Below are positions 29,137 through 39,317 of a stretch of 64,000 nucleotides of DNA, piece after piece. Under the pieces are notes generated by a model. It was not told the DNA's origin. It saw only the letters and a list, made by a program, of their open reading frames with translations, and made no database searches. Made by a program: the position numbers and the translations under genes. Source of the DNA: Acidocella sp. (GTDB lineage: Bacteria; Pseudomonadota; Alphaproteobacteria; Acetobacterales; Acetobacteraceae); NCBI RefSeq assembly GCF_035535915.1, contig NZ_DATLPB010000012.1, positions 988 to 64,987 of the forward strand. The letters are read 5' to 3'. Within the stretch, counting starts at the first letter, position 1. Each line of letters begins with the position of its first letter.

Positions 29137-30644
29137 GCGACGTGTTCAATGTGATGCGCATTCCGCCGAGCAACGTCCCGGCGGAGCAGGCGCTGCTGGG
29201 GGCGCTGCTGGCGAATAATAAGGCGTTCGAGAGCGTTGCTGAATTTCTGCTGCCGCATCATTTTGCCGACCCGGCCAACGCCCGGGTCTACGGCGCAATC
29301 GCCAGCAGGATCGCGGCTGGGCAGGTTGCTGATCCGGTCACGCTCAAGGCGGAGTTTGAGCATGCGGCCGAACTGGATGCTGTTGGCGGTCTATCCTATT
29401 TGGGTAAGCTGCTCGCTTCCATGATTGGGATCATCAACGCTGGGGATTATGGCCGTGCGGTGCATGACGCCTGGTTGCGGCGCGAACTGATCGCGGCCTG
29501 CACCGAGGCTATCAATCAGGCTTACGTGCCGACCGGGGTTAGTGGTCAGGAGGTACTTGAGGAACTGGATGGCGCGCTGACACGCGTCGCGGACGGCGCG
29601 GGCGAGGTCAAGCCGCTTTCGACAGCCGGTGATGCTGTGTCGCGGGCAGTAGTACTCTCGACCGAAGCGGGCGAGCGCGACAGTGCGCTGGCCGGTCTCA
29701 CCACGGGGTATGCGGCGCTCGATCGCCTGACGGCCGGACTGATGCCGGGGCAGATGTATCTGCTCGGCGCGCGCCCGGCGATGGGTAAGACCGGGCTTGG
29801 GCTCGGGATCGCTGCGCGCGCCGCCAGTCATGGCGCCAAGGTCCTGATGTGGTCTGGTGAGATGGATGCGCCGCAGCTCGGCACGCGTCTTGCTGCCGCG
29901 CATTCGGGCATAGAGGTTGCTTCGGTGTTTCGTGGCAAGGGCTGGGAAATGCCGCCTGATCATGGTGGCAGACCTGTCTCGCGGAAACTGACGATGGATG
30001 AGGGGAATCGTCTCGTGCGCGCCGGGCGCGATGCGTATCGCCTACCGCTCAATTTCGACGATCGACCTGGTTTGACGGTCGCGGGCTTACGTGCCCGCGC
30101 GCGGCGCATGAAGCGCGGCAAGGGGCTCGATCTGATCGTGGTCGACTATATCGCCTTGATGCGCGCGACCGCCGCGGCGGAAAAGCAGAAGCTTTATGAG
30201 CGGATGACTGAATTGAGCCGGGATCTACGCATCTTGGCGGCGGAACTTCATGTTCCGATCCTGGTTCTTGCGCAGTTGAACCGCGCCAATGAAAGTCGCG
30301 AGAATAAAATGCCGCAGCTCTCCGATCTGCGTGATACCGGCGCGCTGGAACAGGACGCTTATTGCGTGATGTTTCTGCATCGCCCGCATTATTACCTGAT
30401 GCAGGCTGGCGAACCCGTCCGGGCCCAGAAAGAAAGCGCCGAGGCGTTCCAGGAACGCTCGGATCTCTGGCACCATCAGGTCGAGTCAACGCGCGGCCTG
30501 GCGCTCGTCTCGATCGCGAAAAACCGTAATGGGCCGACCGGAATCTGCCGTCTGCGCTTCGACGCGGAGACGATCTGGTTTCGGGATGAGTCTGAGGCTG
30601 ACAATGAAGCTGCCTGGGGCAGCGCTTTTCTGGGGGATGCGTAA
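29133..30644 (+). CDS. DnaB-like replicative helicase
   Basis: AEQALLGALL, GARPAMGKT (Walker A), IVVDY, LAQLNR and SDLRDTGALEQDA motifs. Confidence 0.95.
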   Translation: MSDVFNVMRIPPSNVPAEQALLGALLANNKAFESVAEFLLPHHFADPANARVYGAIASRIAAGQVADPVTLKAEFEHAAELDAVGGLSYLGKLLASMIGIINAGDYGRAVHDAWLRRELIAACTEAINQAYVPTGVSGQEVLEELDGALTRVADGAGEVKPLSTAGDAVSRAVVLSTEAGERDSALAGLTTGYAALDRLTAGLMPGQMYLLGARPAMGKTGLGLGIAARAASHGAKVLMWSGEMDAPQLGTRLAAAHSGIEVASVFRGKGWEMPPDHGGRPVSRKLTMDEGNRLVRAGRDAYRLPLNFDDRPGLTVAGLRARARRMKRGKGLDLIVVDYIALMRATAAAEKQKLYERMTELSRDLRILAAELHVPILVLAQLNRANESRENKMPQLSDLRDTGALEQDAYCVMFLHRPHYYLMQAGEPVRAQKESAEAFQERSDLWHHQVESTRGLALVSIAKNRNGPTGICRLRFDAETIWFRDESEADNEAAWGSAFLGDA

Positions 30645-31495
30645 TGGCGAGAAAATGTGCGAGCGCGGCGATTTTGGACACGCTGCGCGATCCACGGGTC
30701 GTCACTCTGGCGCCAACGGCGCAGCTGGTCTGGATACGTATCGTCACGGCGATGCAGAACAGCGACATTTCGGTTTTGCGGTTTGGTTCTGACATCATGA
30801 ACCAAACCGAGATCGCTTTGTTTATCCAAATCGCTGAAACCGAAATCGAAACCCATTTGAAAACCATCATTGATCGCGGCCTGCTCGCGCGCGAGGGTGA
30901 TGGCGCGATCGGATGTCCGATGCTTCAAAAGGCAAAAACGCGCTCGGAAATCAACAGAATCAACGGCTCAAGCGGTGGTCGGCCACGAAAGGACGGAACC
31001 CCGCCGCAGCGGCAGCAATCCTTGCTGCTGCCTATTCCTGGCGGTGACGGAAAAACCAAAAAAACCGAAAGTGAAACCGAAATGCCAACCGATGCGGCGA
31101 AAACCCCTACTTACTTACTTAAAGAGTCAAGTAATGAGGTAAAAGTAAGTACCGTCTCGCAAGCCGAGTTTGCCGAGGTCGGTTATGCCGTTCTGGACGC
31201 GATGGGCATTGATCAGGCGAAAACCTTCGTGAATTTCGGGATCGTCCGGCAATGGCTGGCAGATGGGGCTGACAAAGCGATGATCCTCGACGTCGTGACT
31301 AGGAAAATGCGGCCCGGTGTCACCACGCCGAACTATTTCAGCAAAGCCATCGCTGAGGCGATCGCCGCCAGGCCGGCGAAAAAGCCTGAATGGGAACGCC
31401 AGTACGACGCGGCCATGGCCGATTGGGAATTGTGCGGCCGTGGCTTCGCGCCAATGCCAAACCTGCGTGATTTCAAGCCGGCGGAGGTCGCATGA
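30644..31495 (+). CDS. Putative replication initiator
   Basis: N-terminal wHTH-like region, NGSSGGRPRK linker, DnaD-like TPNYFSKAI C-terminus; follows the helicase. Confidence 0.6.
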   Translation: MARKCASAAILDTLRDPRVVTLAPTAQLVWIRIVTAMQNSDISVLRFGSDIMNQTEIALFIQIAETEIETHLKTIIDRGLLAREGDGAIGCPMLQKAKTRSEINRINGSSGGRPRKDGTPPQRQQSLLLPIPGGDGKTKKTESETEMPTDAAKTPTYLLKESSNEVKVSTVSQAEFAEVGYAVLDAMGIDQAKTFVNFGIVRQWLADGADKAMILDVVTRKMRPGVTTPNYFSKAIAEAIAARPAKKPEWERQYDAAMADWELCGRGFAPMPNLRDFKPAEVA

Positions 31496-31935
31496 GCGCT
31501 GCACTGAACGTCGTTCACGAAGTTTTCGCAGATGACTGGACTGAGCGGCTGATCATCGAGCGGCTCGAGGATGCTGGCCGGACATTGATTGCGATGAAGG
31601 ACACAGGGTATCGTCCCGGTCTCGCGCAGCGGCAGCATGACGTGGTTCATGACATTTGGGATGCGTATAATTGGACCATTCCTCCAGAGCTGAGGTTGCC
31701 GCGGCCGGGAATTGAAGAGATCAAGCGAATGGACGAAGCCTATGGATGGATGAAATTCATTCCGTCCGGTCAGGTGACGATGCGGCGTATCGTGCAGGCG
31801 AGATCGCTTCGGCATCCGCTATCGGATCGTTATCTGTTTTCATGGCGGCGCTTGGCAGATGTTTTGCGTCTGGACCATAAGGCGGTGCAGCGTGTTCATG
31901 CCAACGGCATCAGGAACATTTTAAAAGGGCTTTAA
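31492..31935 (+). CDS. DUF6362-like protein at the Q-like position (putative late regulator)
   Basis: W....IERLEDAGRTL...EIKRMDEAYGW...SWRRLA pattern; last early gene before the late region. Confidence 0.65.
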   Translation: MSAALNVVHEVFADDWTERLIIERLEDAGRTLIAMKDTGYRPGLAQRQHDVVHDIWDAYNWTIPPELRLPRPGIEEIKRMDEAYGWMKFIPSGQVTMRRIVQARSLRHPLSDRYLFSWRRLADVLRLDHKAVQRVHANGIRNILKGL

Positions 31936-32034
31936 AAATAATTTCAAAGAGGCTTCCGAATCGCCCCAAAATATCCGATAGAAATTTCTAGTGGTTCGGA
32001 GATGCGCCACTCGATGTTGTGAAGCTTGTTGTTC

Positions 32035-32067
32035 AACCCGCCACCGAAAGGTCCGGCGGGTTTTTTA
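32035..32067 (+). terminator. Intrinsic terminator upstream of the late operon
   Basis: ACCCGCC-loop-GGCGGGT followed by a T-run. Confidence 0.75.
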
Positions 32068-32078
32068 TTGGGAAAACC

Positions 32079-32810
32079 TTGGCCGAGTTCATTTCCTTCA
32101 AAGGTGCGACAGATGCACTGGCAGGCGACCTGAAGAAGCAATTCAGGGATGTGCTGCCATTCGCGGCGGTCGTCGCACTGTCTCGTTCCGCCGTCATCGC
32201 GCGTGACGAAGTGAAGGATGACATGCGACGCGTGTTCAAGAACCCAACGCCGTATGCGCTCGGCGCTGCGCGCGCTAAGCCCGCAACCAAGCAAACGATG
32301 GCCAGTGCGGTCCTGCTTCGCGATTTCGGTGGTACGCCGGCGGAGAACTACCTCGGTCCTGAGATCGAAGGTGGTGATCGTCATGTGAAGGCGAGCGAGA
32401 AGGCGCTGCGGATCGTGGGCATTCTCCCGGCTGACAAGTTCATTGCGCCGGGCAAGGGTGCGAAGCTGGATCAGTACGGCAACCAGTCGGCCGGCGAGAT
32501 CGTGCAGATCCTCTCGGCGCTCAAGGCATTTTCGCAGGTTGGCTATGTCGCCAACCGTTCCACACGGCAGAAGCTGGCCAAACGTCCTCGGCCCCAGCGG
32601 CAGTTCTTTGTGGCCAAGAGCCGGATTACCGGTGAACCGCTTGGGGTCTACGAGATAGTCGGGACGCACAAGGTCGCACCTGTCATGGCATTCGTACGGG
32701 CGCCGACCTATCATGAGCGGCTCGACTTTTACGGGCTGGTACAAGCCAAAGCCCAGGCCGCATTCCCCGCGCAACTCGACGCCGCGCTCACACAGTTTGG
32801 TACGAAATGA
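32079..32810 (+). CDS. Conserved phage protein preceding terminase (gpZ-like neck/tail completion type)
   Basis: TTG start; PFAAVVALSRSA...VFKNPTPYAL pattern. Confidence 0.6.
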   Translation: MAEFISFKGATDALAGDLKKQFRDVLPFAAVVALSRSAVIARDEVKDDMRRVFKNPTPYALGAARAKPATKQTMASAVLLRDFGGTPAENYLGPEIEGGDRHVKASEKALRIVGILPADKFIAPGKGAKLDQYGNQSAGEIVQILSALKAFSQVGYVANRSTRQKLAKRPRPQRQFFVAKSRITGEPLGVYEIVGTHKVAPVMAFVRAPTYHERLDFYGLVQAKAQAAFPAQLDAALTQFGTK

Positions 32811-32855
32811 TGCGGCAGTCTCTTCCATCATTGCGCAATAATATTGCGTATTTCC

Positions 32856-32902
32856 ACGGGTCCCTTCTGCATAGGGCGCGCTCCAGGGGTAATTCGCACC
32901 CC
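32856..32902 (+). promoter_or_regulatory. Putative cos region (cosQ-like plus symmetric cosN candidate)
   Basis: ACGGGTCCCTTC resembles lambda cosQ context ACGGGTCCTTTC; GGGGT-N7-ACCCC symmetry; directly upstream of terS. Confidence 0.45.
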
Positions 32903-32972
32903 GGTTGGGGGCGCGCTTTGCTCGGTCAAAATCCCGTTTTTGTTGGGTTTTCAGTTGGCGCTTGAAGTCAAC

Positions 32973-33521
32973 ATGAGAGAGCTGGCGCAGATGCTGCGCT
33001 GCTCGCTGCCGACGGCGCAGCGCCTGGTCGAGCAATACCCGGATCTGCCGGTGCTCGAGCGCGGCGGCCTGGGGAAGTCGTGGCGCTTTGACGGCGAGGC
33101 GGTGATCGAGTTCCTGCAGGCCAAGCGTGCCGAGGAAGAGGCCAAAGATGCCGAGCGCAATGAGGCGCTGGCGCAGCTGACGTTGCCGATCGGTCGCAAG
33201 AGCGAAGCGGGCGCACCGATCTCGCTCGATGATGAGATCAAGGCCGCGAAATTGCGCCAGCTCCAGCGCGACGAATTGCGCGAGATGCGCTTCCTCGTCC
33301 AGACGGCGGAGGTACGGACGGCGCTAGAGCAGGCGCTGCGGCGCTTCGGCCAGATGCAGGCCAGTGCGGTGACGCGGGTTTGCCGGGCGCATAATTTACC
33401 GGAGGCAGTGCAGCGCGCCCTGGAGCGCGAGTTCATGGACGTGCGCAGCGCGTTCGTGCGCGAGACCGAAGCCGCCTTGGAAACGGATGGGGCCGATGAG
33501 CCAGCCAGCCTTTTCGGTTAG
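32973..33521 (+). CDS. Terminase small subunit (Nu1-like; alternative TTG start 32955)
   Basis: N-terminal wHTH NMRELAQML...GKSWRFD, coiled coil; upstream of terL. Confidence 0.8.
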   Translation: MRELAQMLRCSLPTAQRLVEQYPDLPVLERGGLGKSWRFDGEAVIEFLQAKRAEEEAKDAERNEALAQLTLPIGRKSEAGAPISLDDEIKAAKLRQLQRDELREMRFLVQTAEVRTALEQALRRFGQMQASAVTRVCRAHNLPEAVQRALEREFMDVRSAFVRETEAALETDGADEPASLFG

Positions 33522-35637
33522 CGCCGGCTACTACCCGGCGGCCCAGCTGGTCGCCGAGGCGCTCAAGGCATTGCTGCCGCCCGAGCCGGCGAACGTTGCC
33601 GACTACGCGGCCGCCCGTCGCTATCTCAGCAATGAGGGTGGTGGTTATGTTGGGCGCTGGAACCATGACCAGGCGCCCTATCTGATCAAGCCGATGGAAG
33701 AGCTTTCCAACCAGGAGTTCCTGACGGAAGTCATCGTCGGTCCTGGCCAGTGTGGGAAATCGGAGATCGGCCGTAACTGGCTGTTCACCACGGCGCTGTG
33801 CGACCCGGCGGACATGCTGTGGTATTCGGGGAGCGAGCCGCAGGTCTCCACCGAGTCGAAAATCAACATCACCCGGATGATCAACGATCATCCCGAGCTG
33901 CATGCCCTGCTGCGGGATAACAGCCTGTTCTTCAAGCGCTTCGGCTCGATGTCCGTGCAGTTCCTGGCCGGCATCATGAGCAACTTCACCATGAAGTCGG
34001 CGCCGCGGATCCTGGCAGATGAATGGGATCTGATCTGCAAGGGCGTGCCCAACGCGAAACCGCTGCTTGACGTCCGGCGCCAAACCTTCGGCGCGCAGTC
34101 CAAACTGGTCGCGCTGTCCCACCCGGATCTCGCCAACGGCTTGGAGACGAAGGATTGGAATGCCGGTATCATGGAGCTGTACCGCGACAGCGACCAGCGC
34201 AAATGGTTCTGGCAGTGCCCAAGCTGCGGCGCCTATAGCTCGCCGAATCCGACCGCGTCGCGCGTCATGACCATCGACTATGATGCCGCCGCACCGGATG
34301 ACGAGATCCGCGACATGGCGCGGCTGTGCTGCCCGGTGAATGGCTGCATCATCGAGGACAGCCAGCGCTACGCGATGAACCTCACCGGCAAATGGGTCGG
34401 CAAGGGCCAGGACATCGATGAGGATGGCACCGTCACCGGGGCACTCGTGCAGCGCGACACCGCCGGCTTCTGGATCGTCGGCGCGATGTCCCCGTTCATC
34501 CTTGGGGGGATCGGCGGGCTCGCGGTGGCGCGCGCCCGGGCAGAACGGAAGTTTGCACGCGACAATGATCGCAAGGCGCTGGCCGAGGTGCTCTCCAAGC
34601 AATGGGGCATTCCACTCGCGCGCTCGCGGAGCAGCGAGACGATCGATGCGACAGTCATCGCCGAGCGGGCCGAGCCGGATCTGACCTTGGGCATCGTCGC
34701 GAACGGCGTTCGCTTCATCACGGTGATGATCGACGTCCAGATCAACCGCTTCGAGCTGCTCGCGCGCGGCTGGTGCGAGGGCGGCGGCAGTGTCGTCATC
34801 GACTTCCAAACGATCCCGGCCACGCCCGGCACCAGCGCCGCCGATTGGGATCGGGTGCTGACGATCGCCACCGAGACGGCCTGGCCGCTCGAGGATGACA
34901 TGAGGCGTGGCATGAAGGCGGTCGCCGTGGGATTTGACTCCGCCGGCGCCGCCGGTGTGACGCTGCAATCCTATGAGGCGTGGAAACGGCTGAAGGCGCG
35001 GCGGGGTGCGCGGCTGCATGGCCGGATCGACGGCCGCCCCGCCTGGTCGGTACTGCCGATGAAGGGTGCGTCCACCCTACAGGCGCCGCGGCTGCAGGTG
35101 GTGTATCCGAATGCCCAGCGCACCGATCGCTTTGCCCAGGCGCGAGGCGAGGTCCCGCTCGGAATCTTCAACCCGAACAGCTTCAAGGATGACCTGGCCG
35201 CGCAGCTGATCCTCGGCGACGGCGCAAACTGGTCGGTCCGATTCCCCAAGGCGCTGGCGGCGGACGCGCCGCCCCATCCCTGGTTCGAGCAGCTGGTGGC
35301 CGAGGAGCGGGACGCGAACGGCAGGTGGAAACCACGCCAGGACGGCACGCGCAACGAAGCGACCGACCTGATGGTGGGCACGCATGTGCTGGCCTTCATG
35401 ATGGGAATCAACCGCATCAAATGGGAGGCTCCGCCTGTCTGGGCGCGCGACTGGAAGAGCAACTCGCACGTGATCGCTGTGGCCGCGGCCGCCAGCGGCG
35501 AGCAACGCGCGGCGGCGGCGGCGACCACGGCAGCGTCGCCGCCGCGAGAGGCGACGCCGGCGACGGCTTCGGCGGTTAAGAGCCGCTTTAAGATGCCACC
35601 GCTGAAAATCATCAACTCCGTGCCGCTGAAGCGCTGA
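33496..35637 (+). CDS. Terminase large subunit (lambda gpA family)
   Basis: GPGQCGKSE Walker A, ADEWD, CPSCG zinc motif, MIDVQ nuclease motif, RNEATDL. Confidence 0.93.
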   Translation: MSQPAFSVSAGYYPAAQLVAEALKALLPPEPANVADYAAARRYLSNEGGGYVGRWNHDQAPYLIKPMEELSNQEFLTEVIVGPGQCGKSEIGRNWLFTTALCDPADMLWYSGSEPQVSTESKINITRMINDHPELHALLRDNSLFFKRFGSMSVQFLAGIMSNFTMKSAPRILADEWDLICKGVPNAKPLLDVRRQTFGAQSKLVALSHPDLANGLETKDWNAGIMELYRDSDQRKWFWQCPSCGAYSSPNPTASRVMTIDYDAAAPDDEIRDMARLCCPVNGCIIEDSQRYAMNLTGKWVGKGQDIDEDGTVTGALVQRDTAGFWIVGAMSPFILGGIGGLAVARARAERKFARDNDRKALAEVLSKQWGIPLARSRSSETIDATVIAERAEPDLTLGIVANGVRFITVMIDVQINRFELLARGWCEGGGSVVIDFQTIPATPGTSAADWDRVLTIATETAWPLEDDMRRGMKAVAVGFDSAGAAGVTLQSYEAWKRLKARRGARLHGRIDGRPAWSVLPMKGASTLQAPRLQVVYPNAQRTDRFAQARGEVPLGIFNPNSFKDDLAAQLILGDGANWSVRFPKALAADAPPHPWFEQLVAEERDANGRWKPRQDGTRNEATDLMVGTHVLAFMMGINRIKWEAPPVWARDWKSNSHVIAVAAAASGEQRAAAAATTAASPPREATPATASAVKSRFKMPPLKIINSVPLKR

Positions 35638-35963
35638 TGTCCGGCATCAATCCTCCCGGCACCTATACGATCACGCTGATCCCGCCGATGCAGAGCATCA
35701 CGCCGGGCATCGGCCGTCGCTATCGCGGGCCCTTCACGGGCTACCCGGTGGCGATGCTGCAGGCCGCGCTGACGCAGGCGCAGGACGCGCTGATCGCGGT
35801 GATGACCGGCAGCAAGCCGGTCAGCGTCAGCTACGCGGAGGGCACGGGACAGCGCCGCGTCGAGTACGGCAAGACGAACGCCACCGACCTGTATCGTCTG
35901 ATCGCCGAACTTGAACGTGCCTTGGGCATCACCCGTCGTCGGCCAATTTCGTTTCGGATCTGA
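35637..35963 (+). CDS. gpW-like head-tail joining protein
   Basis: SVSY.EG...RVEY...L.RLIAELERALG; between terL and portal. Confidence 0.75.
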   Translation: MSGINPPGTYTITLIPPMQSITPGIGRRYRGPFTGYPVAMLQAALTQAQDALIAVMTGSKPVSVSYAEGTGQRRVEYGKTNATDLYRLIAELERALGITRRRPISFRI

Positions 35964-35968
35964 GCCGT

Positions 35969-37639
35969 ATGAAAAAATCGGGCATCATTGATCAATCGGG
36001 CCGGGACATCCCGAGCTCGGTGGTGGCCGCCGTGCGGAAGCAGGCAGGACGCCCGCGCGCCGGCGTGATGGGGCCATCGCGCTCGCCTTGGCCTTACGAT
36101 GCGACGATGCTCTACGGGCAGGAAGTCGGGGATTGGTTCCCCTACAACCAGTCGCCTGACAACGAGATCAACATCGACGCCGATCTTAACCGGGCCCGGC
36201 ACCGCGATCTCGTCCGCAACGATGGTTGGGCCAGCGGCTCGATCGCACGGATTGCCGACGGTATGGTCGGCAGCAACTTCCATGTTGTGCCCGAGCCGAA
36301 CTGGCGGGCGCTGGCATGGCAGTTCGGCCCTGCCTTTGATGCTGCCTGGGCGGCGCAGTTTCGTAGCGCGGTAATGGCAGAGTGGCGTACTTGGGCCGAC
36401 GATCCGCTGTTCTTCTGCGACGTGAAGCGCTCGATGAGCATGACGCAGAATTTCTATCTGCTTGCCCGGCACAAGCTGATGGATGGCGATGCGCTTTGCA
36501 TGCCGCTCTGGATGCCTGAACGTGTCGGCTACGGCGCGGCCCGCTACGCCACAGCGATCCAGGTTATCGACCCGGACCGTCTCTCGAATCCGTATGAGAT
36601 GATGGACACGCACTTCATGCGGGGTGGCGTCGAGGTCGACAATTACGGCGCGCCGATCGCCTACCACATTCGCCGCGCACACCAGAACGATTACTATGAC
36701 ACTGGCCTATCGATGATCTGGGATCGGTTTGAGCGCGAGACGGCATGGGGCCGCCCGCTGGTCATCCATGATTGTGATCGCGATCGCGCTGACCAACACC
36801 GCGGGGTGGGCATCCTGACGCCGGTGCTGGCGCGCTTCAAGGTTCTGGCCAAGTATGACCAGGTTGCCTTGCAGGCGAAGATCATGAAGACCGTCTTAGG
36901 ATTCTTCCTGAAATCGCCATTCGACTCAGAGCAGATCCGTGAGGCGATGCAATCGGGAGACGACGAGACCGAATTGCGCCTCTCTGGCTACCAGAAGATG
37001 CGCTACGCGCTCGGCCAGGAAGGTCTGCAGATCAACGGCATGGACGTGAAGACACTGGCGCCTGGGGAGGATGTGGTAACTACGTCCGTGCTTGGGGATG
37101 CGGACGATTTCGATGTCTTCGAGCATACCGTGCTGCGTAGCATCAGCGCCGCCACGGGGGAGAGTGCTGAGGAGATTTCGAAAGACTACAGCAAGACGAA
37201 TTACAGCTCTGCCCGTGCGGCCATGCTGAGCGTATGGCGTACGATGCTTCGCCGGCGGGCGAACTTCACAACCGGCGTGGCGACGCCGATCTATGTCTGC
37301 CTCCTCGAGGAAATGTTCGATCAGGGCAAGCTTCCGCTGCCCGATGGGGCACCGGACTTCATTGCCATGCGCGCCGCATATGCCCGCTGTTCTTGGATCG
37401 GGCCGGGACGTGGCTGGATCGATCCGGTGAAGGAGCGTGCCGGCGAGCTCATGGGGCTCGATGGCGGGTTCGGCACGCTGAAGCGGACCAGCGCCGAGAT
37501 CAACGGCGCCTGGTGGCAGGACGATGCCGACGAACGAAAGGTCGAGCAGGAATATTTTAAAGACCAGGGCATCAACCAACCCGACTGGCAGCGCGGCGGC
37601 ATCGCCGAGCAGATCGCCCGGACACCGGAGCCGCAGTAG
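35969..37639 (+). CDS. Portal protein (lambda family)
   Basis: RARHRDLVRNDGWA, DYSKTNYSSARAA and GRGWIDPVKE motifs. Confidence 0.95.
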   Translation: MKKSGIIDQSGRDIPSSVVAAVRKQAGRPRAGVMGPSRSPWPYDATMLYGQEVGDWFPYNQSPDNEINIDADLNRARHRDLVRNDGWASGSIARIADGMVGSNFHVVPEPNWRALAWQFGPAFDAAWAAQFRSAVMAEWRTWADDPLFFCDVKRSMSMTQNFYLLARHKLMDGDALCMPLWMPERVGYGAARYATAIQVIDPDRLSNPYEMMDTHFMRGGVEVDNYGAPIAYHIRRAHQNDYYDTGLSMIWDRFERETAWGRPLVIHDCDRDRADQHRGVGILTPVLARFKVLAKYDQVALQAKIMKTVLGFFLKSPFDSEQIREAMQSGDDETELRLSGYQKMRYALGQEGLQINGMDVKTLAPGEDVVTTSVLGDADDFDVFEHTVLRSISAATGESAEEISKDYSKTNYSSARAAMLSVWRTMLRRRANFTTGVATPIYVCLLEEMFDQGKLPLPDGAPDFIAMRAAYARCSWIGPGRGWIDPVKERAGELMGLDGGFGTLKRTSAEINGAWWQDDADERKVEQEYFKDQGINQPDWQRGGIAEQIARTPEPQ

Positions 37640-37642
37640 ACC

Positions 37643-38509
37643 ATGCACCATCGTTTCCCGCATCTGGCCCAGCGCATGTTCAACGTGCCGCTGGCGCTTC
37701 ATCCGGCCAAGGCCGAAATCGTCATGGCGGCGCTCGCCGACCGCCTCGGCATCGCGCATCTGTTCAACGCCGGCGCGCCCGTCGCGCTCGGAAATTTCGA
37801 GATGGACGAGGACGACCGTGCGGAGGATCGGGCGTACCTGGTGCAGAACGGTGTCGCCATTATCCCGGTGGAAGGCTGTCTCGTGCAGAAATTGGGCAGC
37901 CTGCGTCCCTATTCCGGCATGACCGGCTATGACGGAATCCGCTACAATTTCCTTGACGCCTGGAACGATGATGACGTCAAGGCGATCGTCCTCGATATCG
38001 ATTCCCCCGGCGGCGAAGTGGCGGGCTGCTTCGATCTCGCCGACACGATCTTCCGCGCGCGCGGCCGCAAGCCGATCTGGGCGATGCTTAACGAGAATGC
38101 TTTCAGCGCCGCCTACGCGATTGCCTCGGCCTGCGATCAGATCTCGGTGCCGCGCACCGGGGGCACCGGCTCGATCGGCGTCATCTCGATGATCGCGGAC
38201 ATCTCCAAGGCGCTGAGCGAAGGCGGCATCACCGTCAACATCATCCAATTCGGCGCCCGCAAGGCCGACGGCAGTGAGGTGCTGCCACTGAGCACCGAGG
38301 CGCGCGCGCGCTTTCAGGCTGATGTGAACACGATCGGCCAGCTCTTCGTGAACACCGTTGCCCGCAACCGCAAGCTCAAGGCGAGCGCCGTCGCGGCGCA
38401 GCAGGCGACGACATACCTTGGCCAGGACGGCTTGCGCGCGGGCCTGGCTGACATGGTGGCCGCACCGGATGCGGCGTTCCGCGCGCTGCTCAAATCGCTC
38501 AAAACCTGA
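37643..38509 (+). CDS. S49 family capsid maturation protease
   Basis: LDIDSPGGEV, AFSAAYAIASA and GTGSIGV motifs. Confidence 0.92.
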   Translation: MHHRFPHLAQRMFNVPLALHPAKAEIVMAALADRLGIAHLFNAGAPVALGNFEMDEDDRAEDRAYLVQNGVAIIPVEGCLVQKLGSLRPYSGMTGYDGIRYNFLDAWNDDDVKAIVLDIDSPGGEVAGCFDLADTIFRARGRKPIWAMLNENAFSAAYAIASACDQISVPRTGGTGSIGVISMIADISKALSEGGITVNIIQFGARKADGSEVLPLSTEARARFQADVNTIGQLFVNTVARNRKLKASAVAAQQATTYLGQDGLRAGLADMVAAPDAAFRALLKSLKT

Positions 38510-38519
38510 AGGACGAGAC

Positions 38520-39290
38520 ATGGCAACAATGCGAAATAACCTGCTGGGCGGGGCGGCGAGTTTCGCCTCGTTCCTGGGGATCGGCAAAGGCACCGCGCGC
38601 CGGAACACGGCAAGCCGCCCGCGCGCCGATGATGACGATTCCGATATGCGCCGGTCGCGTAGCGCCGATCAGGATGAAACGTTCAAGGACGACGAGAACG
38701 GTGATCCCGGCAATCCGGACTCCGTGCCGGACGATGGCGGCGACGATGCCGAGGGCGATCCGGAAGAGGAGCCGGCGCGCGGCGCCCGCCGCAAGAAAGC
38801 GAAGAAAGCCAAGCGCCGTGCATCGGACCAGACCGACGACGATGACGCCAATCCGAGCGATGACGGCGCGGATGGTCCGGATGATGATGACGACAACGAT
38901 GATGATCCGAACGGCGATCAGTCCGACGATCAAGACGACGATGATGCCGATGATGATGATGCGGATGCCGAGATGCGCGGCCGGGGTCCGGCGGCGGCAG
39001 CGCGGCGTCGTGAGCAGGCGCGTTGCGCCGCGATTTTTGGCTGCAAGGCCGCAGGCCGGAACATCGAATATGCCGCGCATCTGGCGTTCAACACCCGGCT
39101 CGGCCGCCGCGAGGCGATCGGCCTGCTGAAGGCGGCCCCCGCGGCTTCGTCTGGCGGGGGCCTCAGCCGGGCCATGGATCGCTACGCCGGTGCGCGTCCC
39201 GGTCCGGATCGCGTGCCAGCAAGCAATTCGGCCAAGGCGATCGCCGACAGCTGGGACAAGGTCCTCACATCAACGCAGGGCAAGCGCTAA
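38520..39290 (+). CDS. Putative scaffolding protein (Asp-rich)
   Basis: Long acidic tract then REQARCAAIF...AAHLAFNT; between protease and decoration gene. Confidence 0.65.
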   Translation: MATMRNNLLGGAASFASFLGIGKGTARRNTASRPRADDDDSDMRRSRSADQDETFKDDENGDPGNPDSVPDDGGDDAEGDPEEEPARGARRKKAKKAKRRASDQTDDDDANPSDDGADGPDDDDDNDDDPNGDQSDDQDDDDADDDDADAEMRGRGPAAAARRREQARCAAIFGCKAAGRNIEYAAHLAFNTRLGRREAIGLLKAAPAASSGGGLSRAMDRYAGARPGPDRVPASNSAKAIADSWDKVLTSTQGKR

Positions 39291-39317
39291 GCGCGCCGCA
39301 GCAAGAAAGAATCAGAC

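Noticed and set aside
38620-38970. GAT/GAC-rich tract as a microsatellite or contingency locus
   Set aside because: Mixed codons encoding an in-frame Asp-rich region; protein-level low complexity, not a perfect repeat
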